From Chloroflexota bacterium (GTDB taxonomy: Archaea > Iainarchaeota > Iainarchaeia > Iainarchaeales > GCA-2688035), in assembly GCA_017610335.1 (NCBI GenBank), contig JAFCCG010000001.1, positions 13,869 through 77,868 of the forward strand: a stretch of DNA of 64,000 nt. The letters run 5' to 3'. Both the position numbers and the translations under genes were made by a program. The notes under the pieces are model-generated. The model was not told the DNA's origin. It worked only from the letters and a program-made list of their open reading frames with translations, and did no database searches. Positions 35,836 to 46,424 of this stretch are shown piece after piece; positions within the stretch are counted from its first letter, which is position 1, and each line of letters opens with the position of its first letter.

Positions 35836-37962
35836 ATGCCTGGCATTGTATCTGACATTTCTAACAAAGTAAAGCATGTTGATAGAAAACAGCTTTTTCT
35901 GCTTTTTTTAATTTTCACACTTGCTTTTGGTATAAGAGGCCATCTTCTAAAGTATGATTATATGTTTGGTTTTGATTCTTATTACCATGCAAGAATGACT
36001 GGAGAGCTTTTGAAAACAGGTGTTGTTCCGACTGTTGATCCAACTGCTTATTATTTTAGGGAAGGCGGAGTTGCGCCTCCAAGAAATCAGTTCTTTTGGT
36101 ATTTTACTGCGGGAATTTATAGAGTTGCAACCCTGGATGCACCTTATGATAAGGACACGTGGATATTGTTTGTAAAAATTTTGCCAGCACTTTTTGGTGC
36201 CCTGACTGTTGTTGCAATGTTTTTCCTTGGAAAGGAAATTTACGGCAAATCAGCAGGTTATGTAATGGCTTTGGTTGCGGCAGTTGTTCCAAGTTTTGTT
36301 TACAGAACGTTAGCTGGATTTTTTGAAGAAGACAGTCTTGGATTTTTATGGCTTGTAATTGGATTGGTTTTCTTAGTAAGAGCTATCAAAGACCCGGTGT
36401 TTAACAAAAAGGGAATCATTAATGCAGCTCTTTCAGGAATTTTCTTTGGATTAATGGCAATAACCTGGGATATGTTCCTGTTAATTCCATTAGTATTTGG
36501 ACTTTACACTTTCTTTGGATTAGTAGGAGTTTACACAAAAAGCGGTTTCAAAAAATTGATTGAGTTTGTAAAACTTTATGTAATTTCGGTTGTTATTTTT
36601 GTTATTATAGCTACAATAAATTATGGAACAACATGGTATGGAGGCGCATGGAGTTATGCATCACAGTCTATTTCAAAAGCAGCAGGAGCTTTTGGTCTTC
36701 CTGAAGCAATGGCAATTCCACTTATTGCAATTGTAGCAGTGTTATTTTTAGCGTTTGTTGTTTATCTTGCATATTCAAACAAATCAACTGAGAAAAAAAA
36801 ATCTGGAGTAAAAACAATTAACATTATTGCAATGCTTTTGCTTTACATTGCAATTGTTTCACTGGTACTTACTTTTATGACAACTCCAAAATTGTTTGAG
36901 GAAACTTCGGTGCTTGGAATGACTGTTGGGGAAGAAAATACAGGTTATCAGTTTTTTGGAGTAAAATATAACGCATTAATTGTTTTCCCATGGCTTGCAA
37001 TGCTTTTGATTCCAATAATTTTTTACAGGGAGAAAAAAGGGCATCTTAGCATAATACTTTTCTTTTGGATATTAATTACTTTTTTTATGGCATGGTACAA
37101 ACTCAAATTTACTTACACGTTGGGTTTGCCAATTGCGGCGGCAGCAGGAGTAATTACTGCAGAGATGTTTTATTATCTTAAAGGAAGAACAGAGCTTGAA
37201 CAAAAAATCATCGCACTTTGCCTTGGTTTTATGCTTTTGGTTGGAATTGCGTCTGCAACAATTTTTGTGCCGGACAAGATTCCGCATATTGCAAACCCTT
37301 ATCCTGATTGGAAAGGAACATTGGAATGGATGCAGGATCCTGCAAACACTCCCGAAGATGCAAAAATATTCAACTGGTGGGACGAAGGGCACTGGATTAG
37401 TTTTATTGGAGAAAGAGCTGTTTCGGCAGATAATAGGAACATGAGTTTTGAAGGAAATCGTGACTTTTCATTGTTTGTTATTGAAGACGACCTTAATGAG
37501 GCTTTAAGAATTGCAAGAGAATACGATTTTGATTATGTTATACTTGACAGCGACAGCTTTTTAAAAATCGGCTCTTATGGAAATTATGGATATAATACCA
37601 TGAATAGCAATGATCCACGTATAGTAAAATTCCTTATTGCACCGCATGCTGCAATGGTATGTCATAGTACAGATACGGAATACGTATGTGGATCAAACCG
37701 TATTCCAATAGCACAAATGGGAAGCATCCCTGCAAAGTGGACCACTGTTTCAAACCAGTTGTATGAAAATAGTGTTCCGTTATATATTTACAGAGCCGAA
37801 GACAATTCAGAATTGTATATTACAAATCCAGCAATAAACGAAAGCATGCTTTCAAGACTTTGGTTTCACGAAGATGAAGTAATGAAATACTTTGACGAAG
37901 TTTACAATTCATTAGGAATGCGAATATTCAAAGTCAACAAAGATGCTCTTTACACAAACTAA
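35836..37962 (+). CDS. aglB: Oligosaccharyltransferase AglB (STT3)
   Basis: FDSYYH, RTLAGFFEED, VGEE and WWDEGHW motifs; many TM helices. Confidence 0.93.
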   Translation: MPGIVSDISNKVKHVDRKQLFLLFLIFTLAFGIRGHLLKYDYMFGFDSYYHARMTGELLKTGVVPTVDPTAYYFREGGVAPPRNQFFWYFTAGIYRVATLDAPYDKDTWILFVKILPALFGALTVVAMFFLGKEIYGKSAGYVMALVAAVVPSFVYRTLAGFFEEDSLGFLWLVIGLVFLVRAIKDPVFNKKGIINAALSGIFFGLMAITWDMFLLIPLVFGLYTFFGLVGVYTKSGFKKLIEFVKLYVISVVIFVIIATINYGTTWYGGAWSYASQSISKAAGAFGLPEAMAIPLIAIVAVLFLAFVVYLAYSNKSTEKKKSGVKTINIIAMLLLYIAIVSLVLTFMTTPKLFEETSVLGMTVGEENTGYQFFGVKYNALIVFPWLAMLLIPIIFYREKKGHLSIILFFWILITFFMAWYKLKFTYTLGLPIAAAAGVITAEMFYYLKGRTELEQKIIALCLGFMLLVGIASATIFVPDKIPHIANPYPDWKGTLEWMQDPANTPEDAKIFNWWDEGHWISFIGERAVSADNRNMSFEGNRDFSLFVIEDDLNEALRIAREYDFDYVILDSDSFLKIGSYGNYGYNTMNSNDPRIVKFLIAPHAAMVCHSTDTEYVCGSNRIPIAQMGSIPAKWTTVSNQLYENSVPLYIYRAEDNSELYITNPAINESMLSRLWFHEDEVMKYFDEVYNSLGMRIFKVNKDALYTN

Positions 37963-38013
37963 TTGTTACAAAAATAAAATGGTTTCTTTTTAAATCCTTA
38001 AAGTTGATTAAAT

Positions 38014-39051
38014 ATGCCTATGCCTGCTGTTATTGCAACCTTACTTTTATGCTTTTTCTTTGCATTTGTCGTGACAAACAAATTTTTGCCATTTTTAATT
38101 GCAAGAATGAAAAAACGACACATTATCGGCACTGACATGAACAAATTTAACAAACCAAAAATTCCAGAAATGGGTGGAATATGTGTCTGGCTTGGCTTTA
38201 GTGCAGGAATTATTACAAGCATTTTTCTATTTTCATACCTTGAATGGATTGAAATAAACCTAACTTTTTTGCTTGCAGGACTAAGCACAATTTTAATGGT
38301 GGGTTTTTTGGGCGTAATAGACGACCTTATAGGATGGAGAAATGGCATAAGACAATGGCAACATGCACTCATACCTGCTTTTGCAGCATTACCACTTATG
38401 GCAATTGAAATAAGCAATCCTCCAATATCAATTCCATTTTTTGGCTTTGCCCCTGCAGAAATTGTAATACCTTTTATTGGAGTAGTAAGCTTTGGAATAA
38501 TTTACAGCCTTATTTTTGTTCCGATTGGAATTACAGGAGCAAGCAATGCAACAAACATGCTTGCAGGTTTAAACGGACTTGAAGCAGGTCTTGGAGCAAT
38601 AATTTCTGCAACAATGCTTGCAGTTGCACTAACACAGGAACAAATGGAAGCAGCAATTATTTCGATTGCAATGCTTGGAGCACTAATAGCATTCCTTCGC
38701 TTTAACTGGAACCCTGCAAAGGTCTTTGGAGGCGACTCACTTACTTTAATGATTGGAGCAAGCATTGCAACAGCTGCAATTCTTGGAGACATGGAAAAAA
38801 TAGGAATATTGCTTTTGTCAATATACTTTGTAGAACTTGTACTTAAAGCAAGATATAGAATGCAAAAACAGGGATTTGGAATTCCAACAAAATCAGGAAT
38901 TTTAAAAGCACCAAATTATACCGCAAGCGTAACACATGTTGTTATGAAAATGGGGCGCTTTACTGAAAAAAAAATTGTTGAAATAATTTTACTGGCACAA
39001 GCAGTGTTAAGCATAATAATATTTTCAGTTTCATACTTTAGACTTTTCTAG
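38014..39051 (+). CDS. UDP-GlcNAc:dolichol-phosphate GlcNAc-1-phosphotransferase (Alg7/AglH; MraY-like)
   Basis: DMNK, PEMGG, GVIDDL, NATNMLAGLNGLEAG and PAKVFGGD motifs. Confidence 0.9.
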   Translation: MPMPAVIATLLLCFFFAFVVTNKFLPFLIARMKKRHIIGTDMNKFNKPKIPEMGGICVWLGFSAGIITSIFLFSYLEWIEINLTFLLAGLSTILMVGFLGVIDDLIGWRNGIRQWQHALIPAFAALPLMAIEISNPPISIPFFGFAPAEIVIPFIGVVSFGIIYSLIFVPIGITGASNATNMLAGLNGLEAGLGAIISATMLAVALTQEQMEAAIISIAMLGALIAFLRFNWNPAKVFGGDSLTLMIGASIATAAILGDMEKIGILLLSIYFVELVLKARYRMQKQGFGIPTKSGILKAPNYTASVTHVVMKMGRFTEKKIVEIILLAQAVLSIIIFSVSYFRLF

Positions 39052-39059
39052 GTGTTTTA

Positions 39060-39512
39060 ATGCAGGAAAAAATCTGTCTCGCCTGCAGTGCAGGAGGACA
39101 TTTGACCGAGCTGTTACAGCTTGAAAAAGCATGGCAAGGCAAATCACATTATTTTGTATCCGACAAAAGGCTTAATGCAATTGATTTGGCAAAAAAAGAA
39201 AAAGTATTTTTTGTTTCATGCCCGAGAAGAAATCCAATCAATCTTACCATCAACTTTGTGCAATCATTATGGCTTTTTCTTTGGCAAAGACCCTCAGTTG
39301 TAATAAGCACAGGAGCAGACACTGCAATTCCAACCTGTCTTATTGCAAAATTCTTCGGAAAAAAAATTATATTTATTGAATCCTTTTGCAGAATAAAAGA
39401 ACCAAGCCTAAGCGGAAAAATAATGTACAAAAAAGCAAACCTGTTTCTTGCACAATGGCCTGAGAACAAAAAGTTTTTTCCAAAAGCAGAATACGCAGGA
39501 AGTGTGTTTTGA
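39060..39512 (+). CDS. Alg14/PssD/Cps14F-like glycosyltransferase subunit
   Basis: CSAGGHLTEL, ISTGA, IFIESFCR, PSLSGK and QWPE motifs. Confidence 0.92.
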   Translation: MQEKICLACSAGGHLTELLQLEKAWQGKSHYFVSDKRLNAIDLAKKEKVFFVSCPRRNPINLTINFVQSLWLFLWQRPSVVISTGADTAIPTCLIAKFFGKKIIFIESFCRIKEPSLSGKIMYKKANLFLAQWPENKKFFPKAEYAGSVF

Positions 39513-40003
39513 TGCCGGACGCGAAAAAAATATTTGTTAGTGTTGGAACACATCCACAGGCCTTTGACCGCTTGCTAAAAGAGCTTGACAGCATTGCTGC
39601 AAAGCACCCGGAATTTGAAATTTTTGCACAAGCAGGTAATTCAAAGTATAAACCAAAAAAATTTGCTTTTGAAAAATTCCTCAAAGGAAAACAATTTGAT
39701 GAAAGAATGCAATGGGCAGACATTGTGTTAAGCCATGGTGGAGCAGGAACAATAATAAACGCATTGTTAAACAAAAAACCATTGATTGTATTACCTCGTT
39801 TGAAAAAATTTGGAGAACACACAAACGACCACCAGCTTGACCTTGCAAATGCGCTTGAAAGAGAACGCAAGGTAATAGCAGTTTTTGATATGAATGAATT
39901 GGAAGAAAAGATTTTGAAAGCAATTTCATTTAAACCAAATCTTTCATCAGACAAAGAAAGGTTGATAAAAAGAATTTCTCTTTTTTTAAAGGAATCAAAA
40001 TGA
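39509..40003 (+). CDS. Alg13/PssE/Cps14G-like glycosyltransferase subunit (GT28 C-terminal)
   Basis: IFVSVGT...FDRLL, SHGGAGTI and EHTNDHQ motifs. Confidence 0.92.
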   Translation: MMPDAKKIFVSVGTHPQAFDRLLKELDSIAAKHPEFEIFAQAGNSKYKPKKFAFEKFLKGKQFDERMQWADIVLSHGGAGTIINALLNKKPLIVLPRLKKFGEHTNDHQLDLANALERERKVIAVFDMNELEEKILKAISFKPNLSSDKERLIKRISLFLKESK

Positions 40004-40878
40004 CATCAAAGAAACAACCGACTTCAAAGAAACCATTAGTTAGCATAATGCTACTTAACATGAATGGCGAAAAGCTAACCTCTGATTGTATTAAATCAAT
40101 TCAAAAAAACACAAACTACGCAAATTATGAAATTATTGTTATTGATAATGGAAGCACTGACGGAAGCGTTAAGATGTTAAAAGAAATGAAACACAAGAAA
40201 ATTGTAACAAAACTTGTTTTAAACAAAAAAAATGTCGGCTACAGCAATGGAGTAAACCAGGGATTTAAGGAAAGCAGGGGAAAATATATTTATCACCTGG
40301 ATAATGATACACTTGTTGAAAAAAAATGGCTTTCAAAAGCTGTTGAAGTAGCTGAAGCCATTGAAAATCCAGGAGCGGTTGGAAGTTTGCTTGTTGACAA
40401 AGTAAATTATGGCAAAGGACTTAAAGGAAAGGAAATTGTGAGCGAAAAGCTTGCGGTTTGCGGTGCAGCAATGATATATTCAAAAACTGCATTGAAAAAG
40501 GTTGGAAACCTTGATGCAAAACTCTGGTCTCCAATCTATGGAGAAGAACAAGATTGGTGTTACAGAGCAAGAAACGCTGGCTTTAAAGTTGTTGAAACAA
40601 ATGCAAGCAGAGTATACCATATTGGAGGACAGGATACAACTAAAAGCATTAAAACAATGGCAAGATATAAACTGCTTGAAAGGAACAGGATTAGGGCAAT
40701 GCTTTACAATTTAACCCTTGCCGATATGGCAAAACATATACCAGGAATCGGATTGATTTTTGTAAACAGTTTTGGACAGGGAACAACAATACAATTGCTT
40801 GAAACCTACGCAGAAAACATTGCAAACTTTCCTGAAGTTTTAAAGCAAAGGAAAAAAAGAAAAGCAAAACTGTTCTAA
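40000..40878 (+). CDS. GT2 glycosyltransferase
   Basis: IDNGSTDGS, LDND and EEQDWCYR motifs. Confidence 0.9.
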   Translation: MTSKKQPTSKKPLVSIMLLNMNGEKLTSDCIKSIQKNTNYANYEIIVIDNGSTDGSVKMLKEMKHKKIVTKLVLNKKNVGYSNGVNQGFKESRGKYIYHLDNDTLVEKKWLSKAVEVAEAIENPGAVGSLLVDKVNYGKGLKGKEIVSEKLAVCGAAMIYSKTALKKVGNLDAKLWSPIYGEEQDWCYRARNAGFKVVETNASRVYHIGGQDTTKSIKTMARYKLLERNRIRAMLYNLTLADMAKHIPGIGLIFVNSFGQGTTIQLLETYAENIANFPEVLKQRKKRKAKLF

Positions 40879-40947
40879 ATAAAAGAACAGGAAGGAAAAA
40901 AATAAAGAAAAGGAAAAGAATAAAAAAATTAAAAAAAATGTGATAAT

Positions 40948-41328
40948 ATGTCGTTAAAAGAAGCTGCAGCAAAATTATTTGATTTGATAAATCCAATTGT
41001 TAAAACATCTAAAAATGCTGTAAAAGAATTTGACAAAGAAATTGCACTTGTATTTATTGACGGCGACCATTCTTACAAGCATGCAAAGCAGGATTTTGAA
41101 TTATGGTTTCCAAAAGTCAGAGCGCATGGCATTATGGCTTTTCATGACACAATGCTTGTGGACGGACCAAAAAAGGTTGAAAAAAACAGCGTGAGGGAAA
41201 GGATTGCAAACAGGCGTGTTTTGCTTCTTAAGAATTTTTTTACAACCGTAAGTAAGGCAAATATCAGGTTTGGAATGCCAAAGCAAGTCAAGGCTGTTGG
41301 AAAAAAATTCATTAAAAAAATGCAATGA
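40948..41328 (+). pseudogene. Truncated class I methyltransferase (Methyltransf_24-like) fragment
   Basis: FIDGDHSY...AFHD present, but the N-terminal SAM-binding motif I is absent. Confidence 0.6.
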
Positions 41329-41412
41329 CAATTTAATCAATGCACCAAAATGGTATTTAAGATGAATTTTCCAATAGATTGATAGTAATTGAATAAAATA
41401 ATTGGTGAATTG

Positions 41413-42438
41413 ATGGAAAAAATTGTTATTACAGGAGGCGCAGGATTTATTGGCTGCAATCTTGCAGATAAGTTTGCAAAAAGCTGCAAAAAAGTGGTTT
41501 TGCTGGATAATTTTTCAAGACGTGGATGTAAAGAAAATGTTGAATGGCTTAAACAAAGGAATGAAAACATAGAAGTTATTAAAGCCGACATTGTAAAAAA
41601 TCAAAAACAGCTTGAAGAAACTGTAAAAGGAAGCAATGCAGTTTATCATTTTGCAGCACAGGTTGCTGTTACAACAAGTGTTAGCAAGCCAAGGAAAGAT
41701 TTTGAAGAAAATGCAATTGGAACATTTAATGTTCTTGAAGCAGTAAGAAAGAATGCTGATAATGCTGCCTTTTTTTACAGTAGTACAAACAAAGTTTACG
41801 GCGGAATGGAAGAAATAAAGGTTGTTGAAAGAAACAACAGGTATGAGTATGAAAAATTTGCAAAAGGAATTCCTGAAACAATGAATTTAGATTTTCACAG
41901 TCCTTATGGATGCAGTAAAGGATGTGCTGACCAGTATACTAGAGATTATGCAAGAATTTATGGAATGAACACAGTTGTATTTAGACAAAGCTGTATTTAT
42001 GGTCAAAGACAATTTGGAATAGAAGCTCAGGGATGGGTTGCATGGTTTACTATTGCATCAGCACTTGGGAAAAAGCTTACAATTTATGGAGACGGAAAGC
42101 AGGTAAGGGACGTGCTTCATATTGATGACCTTGCAGAAGCATATTGGATTGCTACAGAAAAAATTGGAAAGGCAAAAGGACAAATATTCAATATAGGAGG
42201 CGGCTCTAAAAATACAATGTCATTGCTTGAGTTACTTGCATATCTTGAAGAATTTTTTGTAAAAAAAATTGATATAAAATACAGTGACTGGCGTACAGGA
42301 GACCAGCCTGTTTATGTTTCAGACATTTCAAAAGCAGAAAGTGTTTTAGGATGGAGCCCAAAGATTGGAGTAAAGGATGGAGTACAAAAACTTTACAGGT
42401 GGGTTAAAGAAAATGAAAAAATGTTTGAGGACTTATAG
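41413..42438 (+). CDS. NAD-dependent sugar epimerase, CDP-paratose 2-epimerase-like
   Basis: TGGAGFIG, AAQVAVTTS, STNKVYG, HSPYGCSKG and FRQSCIYG motifs. Confidence 0.88.
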   Translation: MEKIVITGGAGFIGCNLADKFAKSCKKVVLLDNFSRRGCKENVEWLKQRNENIEVIKADIVKNQKQLEETVKGSNAVYHFAAQVAVTTSVSKPRKDFEENAIGTFNVLEAVRKNADNAAFFYSSTNKVYGGMEEIKVVERNNRYEYEKFAKGIPETMNLDFHSPYGCSKGCADQYTRDYARIYGMNTVVFRQSCIYGQRQFGIEAQGWVAWFTIASALGKKLTIYGDGKQVRDVLHIDDLAEAYWIATEKIGKAKGQIFNIGGGSKNTMSLLELLAYLEEFFVKKIDIKYSDWRTGDQPVYVSDISKAESVLGWSPKIGVKDGVQKLYRWVKENEKMFEDL

Positions 42439-42446
42439 GTGATAAA

Positions 42447-43562
42447 ATGACAAAGGTTTTGGTAACAGGCGGAGCAGGATTTATCGGTTCGTTTATTGTT
42501 GACGAGCTTGTAGAAAAAGGCCATGAAGTAGTAATTTTGGATAATCTTGACAAACAAGTTCATCCAACAGGTGAAAAGCCAAAATGGCTTAATTCAAAAG
42601 CAGAATTTATAAAAGGCGACGTGAGGAACAAGGATGATGTAAGAAAGGCAATGGAAGGAATCGAAGTATTGTTCCACGAGGCCGCTGCTGTTGGCGTTGG
42701 CCAAAGCATGTATGAACTGAACTATTATGTTGATGTAAACACTAGAGGAACCGCAAATATTCTTGAATTTCTTGCAAATGAAGAGCACGATGTAAAAAAG
42801 ATGATGGTTGCTGCTTCAATGAGCGAATATGGAGAAGGACTTTACAAATGTGAAAAAGGTGGTTTGGTTGAACCATCTCTTAGGTCAGAAGCACAAATGA
42901 CAGAAGGAAAGTTTGAACAATTTTGCCCAAAATGCGGGCAGGAATTAAAGCCTATGCCGACACCTGAAACAAAGAAGTTGGACTGCAACAGTGTTTATGC
43001 TTTAACAAAAAAAGATCAGGAAGAGCTTGTGTTAATGATGGGCAAAGCTTATGGGATAAAAACTGTTACTTTGCGTTACTTTAATGTGTTTGGACCAAGG
43101 CAAAGCCTAAGCAATCCTTACACAGGTGTTGCAGCAATTTTTATGAGTAGAATAAAAAACAACAACGCACCTGTAATTTATGAAGATGGATTGCAAACAA
43201 GAGATTTTGTTTCAGTGCATGATATTGCAAAGGCAAATCTTCTTGCAATGGAAAGCAATTCCGCAAACTATGAAATTTTAAATGTTGGAAGTGGAAACCC
43301 TATTTCAATAAAAGGAATTGCCGAAACAATTGCAAAACTTTATGGTTCAGACCTAAAGCCTGAAATAACAAACAAATTCAGAAAAGGAGATGTAAGACAT
43401 TGCTTTGCTGACATTTCAAAAATTAAAAACAAGCTTGCTTTTGCTCCAAGTATTTCTTTTGAAGAAGGAATGAAAGAAATAATCGAATGGAGCCAAAACA
43501 TAAAGGCAGAAGATAAATTTGAACAGGCTGCAGAAGAATTAAAGAAAAAAGGCCTTATTTGA
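42447..43562 (+). CDS. NAD-dependent epimerase/dehydratase (WbiB-like)
   Basis: TGGAGFIG, VGVGQSMY, YALTK and NVFGPRQSLSNPYTG motifs. Confidence 0.88.
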   Translation: MTKVLVTGGAGFIGSFIVDELVEKGHEVVILDNLDKQVHPTGEKPKWLNSKAEFIKGDVRNKDDVRKAMEGIEVLFHEAAAVGVGQSMYELNYYVDVNTRGTANILEFLANEEHDVKKMMVAASMSEYGEGLYKCEKGGLVEPSLRSEAQMTEGKFEQFCPKCGQELKPMPTPETKKLDCNSVYALTKKDQEELVLMMGKAYGIKTVTLRYFNVFGPRQSLSNPYTGVAAIFMSRIKNNNAPVIYEDGLQTRDFVSVHDIAKANLLAMESNSANYEILNVGSGNPISIKGIAETIAKLYGSDLKPEITNKFRKGDVRHCFADISKIKNKLAFAPSISFEEGMKEIIEWSQNIKAEDKFEQAAEELKKKGLI

Positions 43563-43587
43563 AGCTGTAAATCGAAGCTGTACATTC

Positions 43588-44724
43588 ATGAAAATATTTT
43601 ACATTACAAGCGTTCTCGGAGATTCCGGTGGAAGCGAAATTTACACAAGGGATCTTATAAGAGAACTAATTAAAAGAGGCCATGAGATAATGGTCTGCAC
43701 ACCAAACCCTTACAAGGTAAAGAGTGCAAAAATGGTTTTTTTACCCAAAGCAGGACATCATGGCCTTTGGAAATTCGAAGCACCGCTTTCATACAAGAAA
43801 GCACTGAAAGCCGCAAGAGAATTTCAGCCAGATATTATTCAAAGCCATAGCAACAGCATGATGGGATTAATAGGCCACAAACTGAAAAAAAAACTTGATG
43901 TACCCCACATACTTCTTATAGAGCTTTTGAGTTCAAAAAATGCCAACATTCACACAAAACTCATTCATTCCACTGAAAAAATTTTTCTTCCAAGACTTAA
44001 TTATGACAGACTAATTGTCTGGACAGAACAAATGAAAGAAAAATTCCTTTTACCATGGGGAATTGAAAAAAACAGAATAGAAGTAATGCCTGCTGCAATA
44101 AATCTTGAAAATTACCCGCTTAATGCAAATGGGAAAGAGATAACAAAAAAATATGGAAAATGTTTAATCACTTCAATCAAAACTTTGTGGGGAACAAATG
44201 TCAAAGGACTTAAGCCAATTGTTAAAGCAATGAAAATCGTTGGAAAAAAGCACCCTGAATACAAGTATGTTATTTTTGGAGAGGGAACTGAAAGACTTGA
44301 GTTTGAAAAATTTATCAAAAAGCAGGATTTGGAAGAAAAAGTTATTGTTGCAGGACCAATAAAACCAACAGAGTGCAAAAAGGTTTGGGCTGCAACAGAA
44401 ATAGCACCGCATGGATTTGTTTACGAGTTTTCAACATCAATTTCCTTACTTGAATATATGGCAATGGGAAAAGCATGCGTAATAAACGACATAGGCAATG
44501 TCAAGCCATTTGTTGGAGATGCGGCATTAGTGGTAAAATCAAATACTGAAAAAGCAATGGCTGAAGGAATCATTAAACTTATAGAAAATCCAAAGTTGAG
44601 AAAAAGCCTTGAAAAAAAAGCAAGAAAAAGAGTTGAAGACCTTTATAGCATTAAGGCAAGCGCCAACATACTGGAAAGAATTTACAAAGAGGAACTGGCA
44701 AAAAAAACAGCGGAAACAAAATGA
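43588..44724 (+). CDS. GT4 glycosyltransferase
   Basis: GGSE...RGHE; E-x7-E motif EFSTSISLLEYMAMGK. Confidence 0.88.
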   Translation: MKIFYITSVLGDSGGSEIYTRDLIRELIKRGHEIMVCTPNPYKVKSAKMVFLPKAGHHGLWKFEAPLSYKKALKAAREFQPDIIQSHSNSMMGLIGHKLKKKLDVPHILLIELLSSKNANIHTKLIHSTEKIFLPRLNYDRLIVWTEQMKEKFLLPWGIEKNRIEVMPAAINLENYPLNANGKEITKKYGKCLITSIKTLWGTNVKGLKPIVKAMKIVGKKHPEYKYVIFGEGTERLEFEKFIKKQDLEEKVIVAGPIKPTECKKVWAATEIAPHGFVYEFSTSISLLEYMAMGKACVINDIGNVKPFVGDAALVVKSNTEKAMAEGIIKLIENPKLRKSLEKKARKRVEDLYSIKASANILERIYKEELAKKTAETK

Positions 44725-44734
44725 AGGCATTATT

Positions 44735-45625
44735 ATGACGTTTCAATTTCCAAAAGCAAGCATTGTAATTGCATCTTTTAACAACAGGGTTGTTCTTGAA
44801 AAGGTTTTGAATGCAATGCTCAAGCTTGATTATCCGAATGATTATGAAGTAATTGTAGTAGATGATGGAAGCAGGGACGGCACAATTAAAATGCTTCACA
44901 AAAGATTTGAAAAAAATAAAAAGATAAAGGTTATAAGATATGGAGACAATAAGGGTGTTTGCAATGCAAGAAATGAGGGCATTAAAGCAGCAAAATTTCC
45001 AATTGTTGTGAACATAGACCATGACTGCATTCCAAGCAAGGAATGGCTGAGCGATTTAATAAAAGGTTTTGAAGATTCAAAAGTCGGAGTTGTAAGCAGT
45101 TTTGGAAGCTTTGGCGGAACCTCGACAGCATTTAGAAAAGAGATTTTAGATAAGGTTGGAGGCTATGACAAGCGCTATTTTTATTACAGGGAAGACACTG
45201 ATTTAACTTTCAAAATAATGGATTTAGGCTGGCAATATAAAATTATAAAAGCAGATTATGTTCATGATCACAAAGAAGCTGCTCCAAAGGGAAAAAAGCA
45301 ATGGATGAAATATGTCTGGAAAAGACTGCATTACCACGAAAATGATGTACTACTTTACAAAAAGCATCCAAAGCTTGCAAGAAAATTTTTGAATGTAAAA
45401 CTTGGATTTATTGTAAGTCCAAAATCAGATTTTAACGTAGTTGTTAACAGATGGGCAGGAAGCAGCAAAAAGCTAAAACTTTGTTCGCCAAGAGGACTTA
45501 TTTTGATTGAAAACAAAAGCCCTTTGCATGCTCTTGCAATAATTTTTTGCGGTATGATTTACGTTTTTGCAATAAAGTTTTTCAGGTTAATTGGAAGCAT
45601 TAAATTCAGAAAGCTTCTCATTTAA
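44735..45625 (+). CDS. GT2 glycosyltransferase
   Basis: VVDDGSRD, ARNEG, IDHDC and EDTDL motifs. Confidence 0.9.
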   Translation: MTFQFPKASIVIASFNNRVVLEKVLNAMLKLDYPNDYEVIVVDDGSRDGTIKMLHKRFEKNKKIKVIRYGDNKGVCNARNEGIKAAKFPIVVNIDHDCIPSKEWLSDLIKGFEDSKVGVVSSFGSFGGTSTAFRKEILDKVGGYDKRYFYYREDTDLTFKIMDLGWQYKIIKADYVHDHKEAAPKGKKQWMKYVWKRLHYHENDVLLYKKHPKLARKFLNVKLGFIVSPKSDFNVVVNRWAGSSKKLKLCSPRGLILIENKSPLHALAIIFCGMIYVFAIKFFRLIGSIKFRKLLI

Positions 45626-45689
45626 CGTTATCCTTATTAAGAGTTTTTGATTCAAAACAAGAGTAATAATCAAGTAAAGCGTGTTTTTA

Positions 45690-46424
45690 ATGAAAAGAAA
45701 TTATTCTGTTTCAATTGTTTTTCCAGCATACAATGAAGAAGAAATTATTGAAAAAACTGTCGAAATTACGTTTAAGGCTGTAAAAAAAATGGGTTTAAAA
45801 AAATTTGAAATAATAGTGGTTGACGACGGCAGCAGAGACAAAACACCAAAAATACTCAGCGAACTTGTAAAAAAACACAAGGAACTTTTAAAAGTAATAA
45901 CTCATAAAAAAAATCTCTGTTATGCCAAAGCACTTAAAACAGGATTTAAAGCTGCAAAATACCCGCTTGTTTTTTACACAGATGCAGATTTGCAATTTGA
46001 CATAAGTGAGCTTCCACTATTACTTGACAAAGCAAAAGATTTTAACATTGTAGTAGGTTATCGTGCAAAAAGACATGATGCTCCACACAGACTGCTTGTA
46101 TCATGGGCTTATAACAGATTTGTAAATATGCTATTTAGTCTAAATCTTAAAGACATTGACTGCGCATTTAAACTTTTCAGCAAAAAAACTCTTAACGAAA
46201 TAGAAATTGAATCAACTGGATTCATTGTTGATCTTGAAATTCTTGCAAAAGCAAAAAAGAAAGGTTTTTTGATTGGAGAAGTGCCAGTAAGCCATTTTAA
46301 AAGACCTTTAGGAAGCTCAAAGGCTACATCAAAACTTGTTTTTGAAACAATTAGTGACATTGCATGGCTTAAAAACAAGCTTAGGAAAAAAAACAAAAAA
46401 CAATCAACGGAGAATCAAAAATGA
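45690..46424 (+). CDS. GT2 DPM1-like polyprenol-phosphate glycosyltransferase
   Basis: PAYNEE, DDGSRD, TDADLQ and DIDCAFK motifs. Confidence 0.9.
   Translation: MKRNYSVSIVFPAYNEEEIIEKTVEITFKAVKKMGLKKFEIIVVDDGSRDKTPKILSELVKKHKELLKVITHKKNLCYAKALKTGFKAAKYPLVFYTDADLQFDISELPLLLDKAKDFNIVVGYRAKRHDAPHRLLVSWAYNRFVNMLFSLNLKDIDCAFKLFSKKTLNEIEIESTGFIVDLEILAKAKKKGFLIGEVPVSHFKRPLGSSKATSKLVFETISDIAWLKNKLRKKNKKQSTENQK

Noticed and set aside
37375..37389. WWDEG in AglB as a sign of inactivation
   Set aside because: The essential WWD residues are intact, and the fourth position varies among oligosaccharyltransferases.
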